Part shown: in pieces, positions 38,532-48,937 of the stretch
Layout of the letters: the number at the start of each line of letters is the position of its first letter
Position numbering within the stretch: position 1 is the stretch's first letter
IMG/VR virus record: IMGVR_UViG_3300036852_000742
Coordinates: 17,121 to 81,120 of that record
Strand: one strand, 5' to 3'
Origin: a virus
DNA: 64,000 bases
The notes under the pieces: model-generated
Seen by the model: only the letters and a program-made list of their open reading frames with translations
Database searches by the model: none
What the model was told of the DNA's origin: nothing
Translations under genes and position numbers: made by a program

Positions 38532-38828
38532 TGCTGGACCCATAAACGCATGGGGCGCCATCCGGCTTGTTCCCCATTCCACGAACGCAGCGTAGGACGC
38601 CTCGGGGCCGATGGTGGCTTCCAGGCCGGCGGGCATCATCGTTGTGGTGATGGAGTTGCGCAGGTTCCCGGTGCGCACCGGGGCGAGCTGTTTGGCGGTG
38701 GACTCAATGTCGAACGCCGTTTTCTGCACGACTCGCATGACCCGCCCGGTGGCGGAGAACCCGATCCTCCCCAGGTCGGCCGCGACCGTGTTCAGTTCGT
38801 TGATCCCGTCGAACCACACACTGACCAC
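38469..38828 (-). CDS. HK97 gp10-family tail-completion protein
   Basis: AKQLAPVRTGNLRNSI...YAAFVEWGTSRMAPHAFMGPA. Confidence 0.88.
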   Translation of the reverse strand: MVSVWFDGINELNTVAADLGRIGFSATGRVMRVVQKTAFDIESTAKQLAPVRTGNLRNSITTTMMPAGLEATIGPEASYAAFVEWGTSRMAPHAFMGPALDRHSGDFLTALTIAAAPPL

Positions 38829-38841
38829 AGGGCACCTCCGG

Positions 38842-39282
38842 TTAGCGGGTGGTGGCCTCGTGGACCTCGCAGATCAGGTCCTGCTGCCACAGCAGTGACC
38901 CGGTGCGGGTGCCGATGACCCGGAGCCGGGTGTCGACCAGGGATGTGTCGGTGGCGGTGTCAACGTCGACCAGGTCGTTGACCTGGACCGGGTCCGCGTC
39001 CAGCGGCAACGACACCACGTACCGGCGCAGCGCTGTCTGTTTCTCCCCGATTGACTGGCCGCCGCCGGCTGAGGTGACGTCGGCGCGCTGCACCCGGCAC
39101 GCCCCGGTGAACACATCGGTGGGGGTGGGGTATGTGGAGGACCCGGTGGCCTGGTTGTAGTACGGGCCGGTACCCGACGCCGGGCGGGTGATGGTGCAGG
39201 TGGCGGTCATGACGTTTTCGGCGACCGGTGTGTGGTGCGCTTCCCACCCGGTAGGGATGACCCGTGACCCTGGGCGGGGCAT
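38842..39282 (-). CDS. head closure protein (DUF6093-like)
   Basis: MTATCTITRP...FTGACRVQ; synteny. Confidence 0.7.
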   Translation of the reverse strand: MPRPGSRVIPTGWEAHHTPVAENVMTATCTITRPASGTGPYYNQATGSSTYPTPTDVFTGACRVQRADVTSAGGGQSIGEKQTALRRYVVSLPLDADPVQVNDLVDVDTATDTSLVDTRLRVIGTRTGSLLWQQDLICEVHEATTR

Positions 39283-39929
39283 CAGGACTCCTCAACCAGC
39301 AGCCAGTCGGTCGGATCCCAGTCGACAACGTCCATGACGAACGCGGTCCCCGTTGTGTCGGACCCGGTGGCCTGCTCGCGGAGCAGCGCCGCGCGGGCGC
39401 GCAGCTCGGCGGCGACTTTCGTGCCGTCGGTGGACAGGTCGTTGGTGCGGATCACCTTGGACACCATGGCCTCGTTGGAGGCTAGGGTTTCCAGGGCGAC
39501 CGCCGCCGCCAGGCGCGCGTTGGTGGATTCCAGGGTGAGGAATGCGGTGATCTCGGTGTCGGTGAACACCGGGTCGGCCTCGGTGGTGTCGGAGATCAGC
39601 AACCGGACGAGGCCGATGCTGGTGGTCGGATCAACGGTGATGGGGGTGGCCCCGGTGAGGGAGCGCCGCACGATGACGGTGCCCTCTTCGGCCGAGTCGG
39701 CCGCCCCGGTCGCGGTCAGCCGCCAGGCGTGCAGCCCGGCGGTGGTCGGGTCGTAGGTGGCCCGGTACCGGTCGGTCAGCTCACTGACAGACATCGCGGC
39801 GGTGGTCCCGGCTGGGAGGGTCACTGTCCCGGCCACCGTCGCGGCCGGGACGAACAGCCCGGTGGTGGGGTTTTCCAACACCCAGTCCACAACCAGCGTT
39901 TTGCTGATCCAGTACGGTTCGGTGCTCAC
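39282..39929 (-). CDS. head-tail adaptor with N-terminal extension
   Basis: IGLVRLLISDT..PVFTDTEITAFL...RLAAAVALETLA...TDGTKVAAELRARA. Confidence 0.75.
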   Translation of the reverse strand: MSTEPYWISKTLVVDWVLENPTTGLFVPAATVAGTVTLPAGTTAAMSVSELTDRYRATYDPTTAGLHAWRLTATGAADSAEEGTVIVRRSLTGATPITVDPTTSIGLVRLLISDTTEADPVFTDTEITAFLTLESTNARLAAAVALETLASNEAMVSKVIRTNDLSTDGTKVAAELRARAALLREQATGSDTTGTAFVMDVVDWDPTDWLLVEES

Positions 39930-42064
39930 CTCACGCTCACCTCCGACGCCGGGGCGAGCCCGGCCGTGCTGCGCCGGGGATAGCTGACACCGCCGCTGTA
40001 CGTGGCCACCGTGGCGCCGCCTCGTCCGGGCGGGGCAATGTCTTCGGCGGTGACGGTTGGGCTTGGCACCGTGGCCAACGCCGCAACGGTGGTCCCGCTG
40101 ATGGTCACTGACACCAGTACGGTCACCGCAGGGACCGCAGCCACTGCCATGACAGCGCCTGGGGTGGCCCCTGCCCCTGCCCCCGGGGTGGGTGCGGGGA
40201 TGGTCGCGTTCGCCGCGACGGATGCCGGGGTGATGTCCGCCCCGGCACCCACTACCGGGGCGGGTACAGCAGCACTCCCGGCCACGGTGCCCGGGGTGGC
40301 GGTGGAGCCGGTGGCCAGTGTTGGTGAGGGAACCGCCGCCACGGCGGTGACCACGCTGGCGGTGACGGTGACCTCGGCCGTCACCGTGCCGTCTGGGACG
40401 GTGGCCAGGACGGCGACCGCCGCCGGGGCCACAGTGGACCCGGCGGTAACGGCCGGTGTGGGTACGGTCCCGGTTGCGGTGACGGTCGACGCGACGACGG
40501 TTGATCCGGTGGACCACGCTGGTGCAGCAGCCGTGGTGGTGGCTGCGACTACGGCTGGGGTCACGGTGGACCCGGTGGACACATCCGGTGTGGGGATGGT
40601 TGTGAGCGTGGCTACCGGTGACGGAACCACGGTCGCGTTGCCGCCGGCTGTGATGATCGGTGCTGGTACAGCCGCGACGCTGGCCACAGTGGACGGTGTG
40701 ACGGTTGAGCCGGTCGCAATCGTGACTGCTGGCACCGTTGTGAGCGCTGCCACGGTTGCGGGGATGACTGTTGAGCCGGTAGTGACAGTGGCCGCCGGGG
40801 TGGCGGCAACGCCCACAACCACGCCTGGGGTGAGGGTTGACCCCGTTGACAGGGCGGGTGCCGGTACAGCCGCGACCGCACCAACCGTGGCCGGGTCGAC
40901 GTTGGTGACCGCAACTACCGTCGCCGCCGACACCGCCGCAACGGCTGCGACTACACCGGGGCTGACCGTGGAGCCGGTAGCCAGCGCAGGGCCCGCTATG
41001 GCCGCCGCCCCGGCGACCGTGGCCGGGGTGACGGTGGAGCCGGTCGCCACAGCCGGACCAGGTACCGCAGCCACCGCAGCCACAGCCGCTGGGGTGATCG
41101 TGACACCGGTGGATGGGCTTGCCGTGGGGACAGCCGCGACACCGCCCACAGTGGACGGTGCAACAGTCGAGCCGGTGGCGACCGCAGGGGCGGGTACAGC
41201 AGCCGTCGCCGTAACCGCCGCCGGGGCAACGGTGGTAACCGCCGTGACCACAACGGCCCCGACCGCTGCGACACCGGCCACAGCCGCCGGGGTGACAGTC
41301 GAACCCGTCTTGACCGAGGCGGTTGGTGCGGCCACCACAGCCGCGACGGCAGCGGGTAGGACGGTTGAGCCGGTGGCGACGGTGGCCGAAGCGACCGACG
41401 CCACCGTCGCGACAGTTGACGGGGTGACGGTTGCGCCGCTACCGCTGGCCGGGGCGAGCGCCAGCAGGAAGCCGGCGATGTCCTGTGTGGACCCGCTGAC
41501 GGTCAGGGTGCGGGTCTGCCCCACCCCGCTGCCGCCCGACAGCAGCTCATCGGAGATGCACCTGTGCATCGTCGAGTCGAGCTGGTCGAGGCGCTCGTTC
41601 GGAGCGCCGCTCTGCGTCCAGGTGCGGGCGGCGCCGGTCGCGTCCGTGGCGGCGAAAGCCACGAGCATGCAGTCGTTGACCGTGGGGGTGATCGCCCCGA
41701 GGGCGATCGCGTTGATCCCGGTGCCCTGCTCGCCGATATCGACGTTGACCGGGGTCGTGGCGTCGACACCGGAGTAGCTGACGACGTCAACAGTCCAGCC
41801 ACCGGACGCGCTCAGCGTCCACGTCGGAGCGGGCTCGCTGGTCGCCCATGGCTTGCTGTAGCACCAGGTGGAGAAGTCCGCCGGGGCCGGGTCGTCCTCT
41901 TGCAGCGTCCACCCGTCCGGCACGGCGGACACCGTCGTGCTGGAACTCACACTGCACACGAATGCGACCATGAAATCGCCGGTGGTCGTGCCGGAGGGGA
42001 TCGTGCCCTCCGCCGAGGCATCCGAACCGGTGCCCGTCGAGAGGGCGCGGAAGGCGACGGCCAC
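39926..42064 (-). CDS. 712-aa Ala/Val/Thr repeat protein (putative virion fibre/decoration)
   Basis: N-terminal beta-rich domain then about 20 repeats of ~22 aa (TGSTVTPAAVAAVAAVPAPAVA). Confidence 0.7.
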   Translation of the reverse strand: MAVAFRALSTGTGSDASAEGTIPSGTTTGDFMVAFVCSVSSSTTVSAVPDGWTLQEDDPAPADFSTWCYSKPWATSEPAPTWTLSASGGWTVDVVSYSGVDATTPVNVDIGEQGTGINAIALGAITPTVNDCMLVAFAATDATGAARTWTQSGAPNERLDQLDSTMHRCISDELLSGGSGVGQTRTLTVSGSTQDIAGFLLALAPASGSGATVTPSTVATVASVASATVATGSTVLPAAVAAVVAAPTASVKTGSTVTPAAVAGVAAVGAVVVTAVTTVAPAAVTATAAVPAPAVATGSTVAPSTVGGVAAVPTASPSTGVTITPAAVAAVAAVPGPAVATGSTVTPATVAGAAAIAGPALATGSTVSPGVVAAVAAVSAATVVAVTNVDPATVGAVAAVPAPALSTGSTLTPGVVVGVAATPAATVTTGSTVIPATVAALTTVPAVTIATGSTVTPSTVASVAAVPAPIITAGGNATVVPSPVATLTTIPTPDVSTGSTVTPAVVAATTTAAAPAWSTGSTVVASTVTATGTVPTPAVTAGSTVAPAAVAVLATVPDGTVTAEVTVTASVVTAVAAVPSPTLATGSTATPGTVAGSAAVPAPVVGAGADITPASVAANATIPAPTPGAGAGATPGAVMAVAAVPAVTVLVSVTISGTTVAALATVPSPTVTAEDIAPPGRGGATVATYSGGVSYPRRSTAGLAPASEVSVR

Positions 42065-42090
42065 GGCTCACCGCCCCTACGGGGTGAAGA

Positions 42091-43526
42091 TCACGGGGTG
42101 AGGTCCAGGGTGAAGATCCCGCTCGCGTTCCAGGTGATCGCGAACGTACCGGCCACTGTGGAGTAGTCCGCACCGAAGTTGACCAACACGATGGCGTTGT
42201 TGCCGGCCAGCACGTCGGCGTACAGCAGATAGCAGCGGGCGTTGGTGATCGTTGTGGTCGCCACGGACACATCGGTGGCGTCGAACGTTGCGGTACCCGA
42301 TGCGCCGGTGAACGTGGTGCCCGTGAGGGCGACCCCGCCGGCTGCCCAGTTGGTGCCGGTGACCTCGTTCGCGTCGTACGGGGCGACACCGAAGGCGGTG
42401 TCGGTCGTGAAGTTCGGGGTGATCGTGTTGGAGAACAGGGCACCCTTGTGGGTTTCCAGGTCCAGGTCGATCGCGAGCTGGGTGGTGTCCAGCACATCGA
42501 CAAACGTCGCGACGTACAGTCCGGATGCGGTGACAGCCACAGATCAGCCCTCGTTCTGCTCGGGCGACACGAACGCGTCGCCGCCAACAAGGTCGGTGCG
42601 GGTTGCGCGCAGCAAAGCCCTGTGGGCCTGGATGTTCGCTACCGCAGCGGCCTTGGCCTGCCTGGTGGTGTCGGTGGGCGACTTCCGGTGGGCGTCCTTG
42701 GCCTGGACCAGCTCGGCGATGAGGGTGGCCTCGAAGTCGGCGAGCGCCTCGTCCGCTGCTCGCTTCGCGGCCAGAAGGTCGTTGAACTGGCTCATCGGCG
42801 GATCTCCTCAGCCCGAACGTGGATGGTGGAGGGGCGCACGTGGACGTCTTGCCGGTCGCCTTTGGCGTGTTCGGTGACGGTGGTGCCGAGTTCGTCTGTG
42901 GTCGCTTTGGTGCGGACCCCGTCGGGGCGGCGGCCTTCCGCGACGTGGTTGCGGGTGCGGCCCCGGCTCAGGTAGCCGAGGCTGCGCAGCTTGTCCAGGT
43001 CGATCGGGGTGCCCTCAGGCATCGGCCCTCCTCGGTGATGAACCGGTTGTGGCGCCCCACGCACATGGGGCCCCACAACCGGGGCTGAAGGGGGGAAGTC
43101 CGTCTACGGGATGAGGACGACACCCGCCGAGTAGGTGATCGAGTCGGTGTCGGCGTGGGTGAACGTGACCCGGAACAGCCCAGGGAGCACCTGCGACACG
43201 GCGACGTTGGTGACCGGTGTGGCACCGGGGTAGACGGTGAGGACGGTGGTGCCTGTGCCGGTGATCGCCGCGCCGGTGAGCAGCGGGTAGTAGACCCCAC
43301 TGAGCGGGTCTTTGCCCTCCACAACCGGCACAACCGACGGTGTGGCCGCGCTGGCGGTGACGTTGATGACGATGTGCCCGCCCCGAAACCCTGGGTTGGC
43401 CACGTCGTCGGTGGACAACGCGACGGCTGCGGTTCGCGCGGCCGACGCCAGCAGTGTTGCTTTGCCCGTGGCCACGGCGCTGGTGCCCAGCGCCCCGGCG
43501 TCAACGGTCGGAGTGATGGTTGCCAT
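42091..43526 (-). other. four small head/neck-region genes (42091-42540, 42544-42795, 42792-43022, 43104-43526)
   Basis: Tightly packed ORFs; 42091-42540 and 43104-43526 are beta-rich and structural-looking. Confidence 0.6.
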
Positions 43527-43556
43527 TGGCCCCCCTGCTGTTTACGGAACCGGGGG

Positions 43557-44072
43557 TCAGGTGGCGATGGCCTGTGAGGTGCGCAGCGACGCCAGCAGGT
43601 TGTTGGTCTTGGTGCGTGCCGTGCCGACGTCGGTGACCAGCGCCGCGACCGGGGTACGTACCGCCACCACGTCCACCACCGACGCGGCGATGGGTGTGCG
43701 CATCGCGGCGATGTCCGTCACGAGTTTGACGACTTCGGCGCGTACGGCGGTGAGGTCGGTGACCAGCTTGACGACCTCCGCGCGTACGGCGGTGAGGTCA
43801 GCGGTGGTCTGGTTGTGCTCGGCCTCAGTTGGGGACTCACCGCCCGTGATCGTCGCCGATGTCATCGCGGCGGGGGCAACGGCGGTCAACGCCGCAGGGT
43901 TCGCCGCCGTGAGCGCAGCAGGTGCCGCCGCCGTGAGCGCGGCCGGGGCGGCAGCGGTCAACGCGCCGAGGTCGGCAACCGCCGCACCCTGGTTCATGTC
44001 ACCGGCGGCGATCTGACCGTCGGCGTCGAGCGTGGCCAGCCCGTTGGGCTGGCCCTTAGCGGTCAGTGCCAT
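43557..44072 (-). CDS. coiled-coil head-fibre-like protein
   Basis: KGQPNGLATLDADG; (ALTAAAP)x4; tandem TDLTAVRAEVVKLV heptads. Confidence 0.6.
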   Translation of the reverse strand: MALTAKGQPNGLATLDADGQIAAGDMNQGAAVADLGALTAAAPAALTAAAPAALTAANPAALTAVAPAAMTSATITGGESPTEAEHNQTTADLTAVRAEVVKLVTDLTAVRAEVVKLVTDIAAMRTPIAASVVDVVAVRTPVAALVTDVGTARTKTNNLLASLRTSQAIAT

Positions 44073-44355
44073 GTCGGGTCTTCTCCTTCGAGCTAGGGCG
44101 GCGGGCGGCGGTCGTGGGGGGTGGCCTGCGCCGTTGGGGTGCCGGTTCGGCCAGGTCCGCCACCGAACCGGCCCCCGTTGGGGTGGGGGCCGGTTCGGTG
44201 AGACGGATGGGGGTGGTGGCTGGGTCCGGCTGCTCGTCTTGGGGGGTGGGCAGCCGGTCGCGAATGTCAGCGAGCACCAGGCGCTGCGTTTCCAGCTCGC
44301 GCAGGATCAGCGCCAGGTACTCATCGCCGGTGGTGATGGGGTTGGGCCAGGCCAT
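44056..44355 (-). CDS. hypothetical protein
   Basis: Between MCP and next gene. Confidence 0.55.
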   Translation of the reverse strand: MAWPNPITTGDEYLALILRELETQRLVLADIRDRLPTPQDEQPDPATTPIRLTEPAPTPTGAGSVADLAEPAPQRRRPPPTTAARRPSSKEKTRHGTDR

Positions 44356-44363
44356 GCGCTGTA

Positions 44364-45560
44364 CTACGAACCGGTCCCGTTGGACGCCACGGCCGACTTC
44401 GGGTCCATCAAAGTGCCGCCGAAAACGTGCCTTATCTTCCATTCGACACTATCTGTGCCGAAATCGCCCTCTTCGGGCGCGAGGAGGCCGCCGCCGACGC
44501 GGACCGCGTTGGCGAGCTTCTGGAACAACTCGGGCTGCTCGTGGCCGATGAGGAAACCGACCTCGGCGGCCGGCCGTCCGGTGGACGGGTTCGCGAACAG
44601 GTACCAGGACGTGCCGCCGTTGGTGGTGGAGATGATCGGCAGCCACGGGTTGACGACCACGGATACCCGGTTCCGCATCCAGTTGATGGCGCGGAGCTGG
44701 TCGTTGCCGGTGCCGTCGCCGCCGCCGGTCCCGGCCAGGATCTCGGTCGCGTTGATGATGTTGTTGGCGGTGACTTCCAGGGCCGGTGGGACCACAAGGA
44801 CGGTTCCGTCGATGTAGATGGGGGAGCTGTCGGTGTCGAGCTGCGCGGCGAGGACCGTGTACGCGGTCTGGAGCGCCTGGATCGACAGGGCCGGGTTGGA
44901 GGTGACGATGTTGGCGTTGCCGGATGCGAAGAAGGTGCCGTCCGGGCCGGTTGTTCCGGCGTACAGGTCGGTGGCGAAGCGTTCCTCCGACCGGCGGGCG
45001 GCGTTGCCGAGGCGGTCGGGCAGGTCCCGGAACGCGTCCAGGTCGTCGTTGATCAACGTTTCCCAGGACAGGTGCAGGCGCCGGCCGCGCTTGGTGACCG
45101 CGTAGCTGTACTCGGCGTCGGTCAGGCTGGCAGCCGGGTACTCGGCCTGCTGCGCGACGGCGTCCAGTACCGCCTCACCCCCGTCGAGGGTGAAACGCTT
45201 CACGGTGCGGAAGTCGCGCACCCGACCGCGCTTGGCGACCCGGTCCCACTGGATCGGGGCCTGGTTGTAGGCCGCCAGTAGCTGCCGGTCGAGGATGTCG
45301 CCGAACAGGTTCGTGAAGTCCGACGTGGTCATTGCCTCGATGAAGTCCAAACCGGCGCGCTGGTTGCCGGCGAGTACCCGCTTGTACAGGTGCGCCGCCT
45401 CCAGGAGACGGCGCCGGTACTCGGGGTTGCCGGTGCGGCGCCCGCCGCGCAGGCGCGCGGACAGACTGGTGCCTTCACCGGCGTAGATGGTGGCGGTGGA
45501 CGCCTGGGACGCATCCCAGGTACCGACGTCGGGCAGGACGTCGAGAACGTTGCTGCTCAT
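44364..45560 (-). CDS. major capsid protein
   Basis: EAMTTSDFTNLFGDILDRQLLAAY...VRDFR...SWETLINDDL...LVVPPALE...EWKIRHVFGG. Confidence 0.9.
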   Translation of the reverse strand: MSSNVLDVLPDVGTWDASQASTATIYAGEGTSLSARLRGGRRTGNPEYRRRLLEAAHLYKRVLAGNQRAGLDFIEAMTTSDFTNLFGDILDRQLLAAYNQAPIQWDRVAKRGRVRDFRTVKRFTLDGGEAVLDAVAQQAEYPAASLTDAEYSYAVTKRGRRLHLSWETLINDDLDAFRDLPDRLGNAARRSEERFATDLYAGTTGPDGTFFASGNANIVTSNPALSIQALQTAYTVLAAQLDTDSSPIYIDGTVLVVPPALEVTANNIINATEILAGTGGGDGTGNDQLRAINWMRNRVSVVVNPWLPIISTTNGGTSWYLFANPSTGRPAAEVGFLIGHEQPELFQKLANAVRVGGGLLAPEEGDFGTDSVEWKIRHVFGGTLMDPKSAVASNGTGS

Positions 45561-45579
45561 GGTTTGTAGGCCCCCGCCC

Positions 45580-45936
45580 CTAGTAGCCGAGCTTGACTTG
45601 GATGGTGGCGGTGGCTGCTGAGGTGACGGCTTCGAGCGCGTAGCCGAAACGGACCCCGCTGGTGGCTTTCTTGCTCAGCTTCGGCGTGTCGCCGGTCTGG
45701 TAGTAGATGATGTCGCCGGCCGCCACAGCGCTGTTGCCGGACGAGTCGACAGCCTTGACGGACAGGTCGTAGACACCCTTGGTGGTGATGGTTGTCAGAC
45801 CGTCGGCCGTTTCGGCGATCAGCGCGACACCGGGGATCTGCCCGCACAGGACCGGCCCGCCGGAGGCGGGGGTGGTCGGGTCGGTGCAGACCAAGGACAG
45901 GTTGTCCCCGTCCTCGTAGACCTCGTTGGTAGCCAT
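45580..45936 (-). CDS. capsid cement/decoration protein (DUF2190)
   Basis: MATNEVYEDG...GVAL...GVYDLSV...FGYALE. Confidence 0.8.
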   Translation of the reverse strand: MATNEVYEDGDNLSLVCTDPTTPASGGPVLCGQIPGVALIAETADGLTTITTKGVYDLSVKAVDSSGNSAVAAGDIIYYQTGDTPKLSKKATSGVRFGYALEAVTSAATATIQVKLGY

Positions 45937-45942
45937 CTGCGG

Positions 45943-47538
45943 TTACCGCCCCTTCGCGGCGAGCTTGGCCCCGGCGGTGTTCATGCCGACGGACTCGAAA
46001 ATGTCGGTGAGTGCGGCTTCCAACGCGGCCTCGTCAGTTGGGGCGGCGGTGGCCGGCGCGGTGGTTTCGCCGAGCCCGCGTACGCGTCCGGCACCTCGCG
46101 CCTCGTCGTAGGCGGTGAGGTAGGCGCGCTCTGCGGTGATCGCCGCGCTGATCGCGGCGGCCAGTGCGACACCGTCGAGCTGCCCGGCCTCGTCCAGCCA
46201 GGTGTCGATGCCGGCGGTGACGGTGTCGGCGACGCGGGTGTGCGCGACGGCCGGCAGCGGGTCGGACGTGTCAGCGGCGAGGGCGTCGCCGATGCGGGCC
46301 CGTACGGTTTCCCCGGCGCGCAGCCGGTACGTCTCCCGCTCGGCAACGGCACGTGCTGCTGCCGCCTCGGTCGCGGTGGCCTGCGCGGTGCGGAGCTGCT
46401 CGGCGAGGGTCGTTTCGCGGGTTGCCGCTTCGGCGAGCTGGCGGGCCAGCTCGTGTTCGCGTACAGCGGCCTCAACCGCTGCGGTGGTGGCGTTGCCGCC
46501 TGTGTCGGGCGGGGCGGCGCCGGCCTGCTCGGCCATTGGCTGTCCTTCCTCGGGGTTGGCCGGCGGTGCGCCCGGCGCGTCTGTGATGGGGGTGTCGTCG
46601 GACGGTTCGGTGGCTTCAGCGGCGGCGTACGGCTCCGCCTGGGGTGGGCTCGTTGGGGGGTCGCCCCACCGGTCGCGGGTGTAGAGCTGCGGGGCGTCGG
46701 CCTCCACGCGCTGCACGAACGCGTCGAGGGCGTCACCGATCGCCGAGGAAAGGGAGATCCGCTCGGCGCGGGTCAAATGACCGGCGGCGTACATGTCGTC
46801 GTAGGCCTGCGTCGCGGCGGTGTGCAGGTGCGCCTCGGCGCACGCACCGATCGACCCGGACTCCCGCAGCCGGGTACGGGCCGACTCAAGGACCTGCACG
46901 ATCCCGCCGCCCGCACCGGGCTTCGTGACGTAGTCCACGGAGTGCCCATGGGTGAGGGTGGTGACGAGCAGACCGTGGCGGCCCTCGGCCTCCCCGTACT
47001 CGCCCATGCCTTCGGCGCGGATCGACATGCCGATGTGCGCGGCCATGTCGGTGATCGCGTCGCGCCACGGCGCGAACAACCGCACCTCAGCCATCAGTGC
47101 CTGCTGCACGGGGTCCCAGTACGCGTCGGTGGTTTGCACACTGGCCAGGTCCCGCAGCGACCCCTCAGGCCGTTCGGCTTCCTGGTTGTCCGTGGCGTGG
47201 TCAACGAAGTTGAGGGTGCCGGCGGAGAAGACACGGGGCCCGTCGCGCTCCAACACAGCCGGCGGGTAGTAGCGGGAGCCGGAGGTGTTCCACCCGGCGG
47301 TGATGAGCCGCACCAGCATCCGACCGGGCCGGCCACCGACCGGCGACTCGACGATCGTGGGGGTTTCCCGGATCGACACCGCCTCAGCGGTACGCACCGG
47401 CGGTGCTGTGACGGTGAAGGTTGTGTTGACCGGTGTCGGGCTGGTGCTGACCGTCGGGGCCCACAGGGCGCTGCTGGTGGTGGTGGCTGATTCGGTCAGG
47501 TGGATGTCGCGGCGGCGACGTCGGGCGCCTTTGGGCAT
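45943..47538 (-). CDS. prohead protease-scaffold fusion
   Basis: RYYPPAVLE...DH..RPEGSLRDLA...IGMSI...SVDYVTKPGAGG followed by coiled-coil. Confidence 0.8.
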   Translation of the reverse strand: MPKGARRRRRDIHLTESATTTSSALWAPTVSTSPTPVNTTFTVTAPPVRTAEAVSIRETPTIVESPVGGRPGRMLVRLITAGWNTSGSRYYPPAVLERDGPRVFSAGTLNFVDHATDNQEAERPEGSLRDLASVQTTDAYWDPVQQALMAEVRLFAPWRDAITDMAAHIGMSIRAEGMGEYGEAEGRHGLLVTTLTHGHSVDYVTKPGAGGGIVQVLESARTRLRESGSIGACAEAHLHTAATQAYDDMYAAGHLTRAERISLSSAIGDALDAFVQRVEADAPQLYTRDRWGDPPTSPPQAEPYAAAEATEPSDDTPITDAPGAPPANPEEGQPMAEQAGAAPPDTGGNATTAAVEAAVREHELARQLAEAATRETTLAEQLRTAQATATEAAAARAVAERETYRLRAGETVRARIGDALAADTSDPLPAVAHTRVADTVTAGIDTWLDEAGQLDGVALAAAISAAITAERAYLTAYDEARGAGRVRGLGETTAPATAAPTDEAALEAALTDIFESVGMNTAGAKLAAKGR

Positions 47539-47666
47539 GAGGGGTCCTCCCGTGTCCTCGGGCCTCGGAAAAAGCAGGTGGCGGCGAAACAACAGGGAGG
47601 GTTACGGCGCAATGCGGCGGGGGGCCTTGGGATACCGGCCTGGCACCCCCGCCGCACGCGGGCTTG

Positions 47667-47816
47667 TCAGGTCCACAACTTGGCGAGCGCACCGGTGAAC
47701 AGGGCGACAGCCAGGCAGGCGTAGCCGAAGAACTCGGGGGCGAACCGTGGGGCACGCACGTTGAGCCCGGCCAGGATGAGCAGCACAACGCCGGCAATGA
47801 CGAATAGGACAACCAC
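47667..47816 (-). CDS. small 2-TM membrane protein
   Basis: Manual translation MVVLFVIAGVVLLILAGLNVRAPRFAPEFFGYACLAVALFTGALAKLWT; GGAGGAGG RBS. Confidence 0.55.
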   Translation of the reverse strand: MVVLFVIAGVVLLILAGLNVRAPRFAPEFFGYACLAVALFTGALAKLWT

Positions 47817-47833
47817 GGCGGAACCTCCTCCAC

Positions 47834-48916
47834 TTACGCGGCGGCTCCGGCCAGGGCGGCGCGGCGCCGAAGTTCAGCTACAGGGGTGGGGCCGTAGGAG
47901 TCGCGCCAGCCGGTGTTGGTGCGGCGTTGCGCGAGGTCGTCCCAGGTGACGCGCCCGGAGCGCAGCAGGTCGAGCCGACCCGCGCCCATGATCGCGACCT
48001 GGTCGTCTTCGGGGAGCCGCGCGAACCAGGCCCGCGCGTCGGGCAACGTGTGCGGGGGTTCGTTGAGGTTGATGCCCAACTCCCGCCAGGTGCGGGTACG
48101 GGGCACCCGCACGCACCGGCCCCGAGGGTGGTCCAGCGGGCCGGGGTCCTCAACCGGGTGCACAGTCCCATTCATCGAAATGCATGTGAGACATGTCCGG
48201 TTTGAGAAAAAACAGTGCCACACCCACGACTCGACGACGTCGGCGTTCGCGTTGTGCACGTACCGGGAGGTGGTGCGGTACGCGTCGAGCATTTCGGTCC
48301 GGGCGATCGTCATCGCCCGGGTCAGCCCACCGTTGAACGCGCCCTGGACACGGCGCACCATCTGCCGGGCGGCGTCGTTCGGGTTGGTGCCCTCGGCGAT
48401 GCCCCGGATCAGTTCACGGCGCATCGCCTCTGTCGCCGCCGCCGACAACGGCAGCAGTGTTGATGTGATCTGCCCGCCGGTACGGGCCACGATCGCGTCG
48501 AGCGCGGTGGGTTGGGTGCGGCCGGTGAACCGTTTCGCCGCCTCGCCTTGTTCCCCGGCGGGGAGTTGGGAGGCGATCAGGTGCGGTTCGGCTTCGGCTG
48601 TGGCGTGGATGATGTGCCCGGCGCCGTCGGTGACGAGGACCCCGGTGCGTTGCCCGAGGCGGCCCAGGGACAGTTGCGCAGCCCACAACGCGTCGCGGAG
48701 ACGTTGGATGCGGACCAGTTCCCACGGTTGCGGCCAACGACCTGTTGCCGCCCACACGTCGACGGCGTCGACGACACCCGCGCGCATTGCTGTGTCCAGC
48801 TCGGCCCACGCCCGCGCCCACGCAACGGTCAGGTCGCGGGTGGTCTGGTCGGCGTGCCGGCCGACGGTGACCCGCAACCGCCGGGACAGGCGCATCGTCT
48901 TCGGGCCGATCGCCAT
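47834..48916 (-). CDS. MuF-like minor head protein
   Basis: RAMTIARTE...RTCLTCISMNG...DHPRGRC. Confidence 0.85.
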   Translation of the reverse strand: MAIGPKTMRLSRRLRVTVGRHADQTTRDLTVAWARAWAELDTAMRAGVVDAVDVWAATGRWPQPWELVRIQRLRDALWAAQLSLGRLGQRTGVLVTDGAGHIIHATAEAEPHLIASQLPAGEQGEAAKRFTGRTQPTALDAIVARTGGQITSTLLPLSAAATEAMRRELIRGIAEGTNPNDAARQMVRRVQGAFNGGLTRAMTIARTEMLDAYRTTSRYVHNANADVVESWVWHCFFSNRTCLTCISMNGTVHPVEDPGPLDHPRGRCVRVPRTRTWRELGINLNEPPHTLPDARAWFARLPEDDQVAIMGAGRLDLLRSGRVTWDDLAQRRTNTGWRDSYGPTPVAELRRRAALAGAAA

Positions 48917-48937
48917 GGCCGCCCCCTGCCCGTGGGG

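Noticed and set aside
40002-41777. 591-aa plus-strand ORF and many other long antisense ORFs (e.g. 34021..35277, 47913..49115)
   Set aside because: Shadow frames of high-GC minus-strand genes
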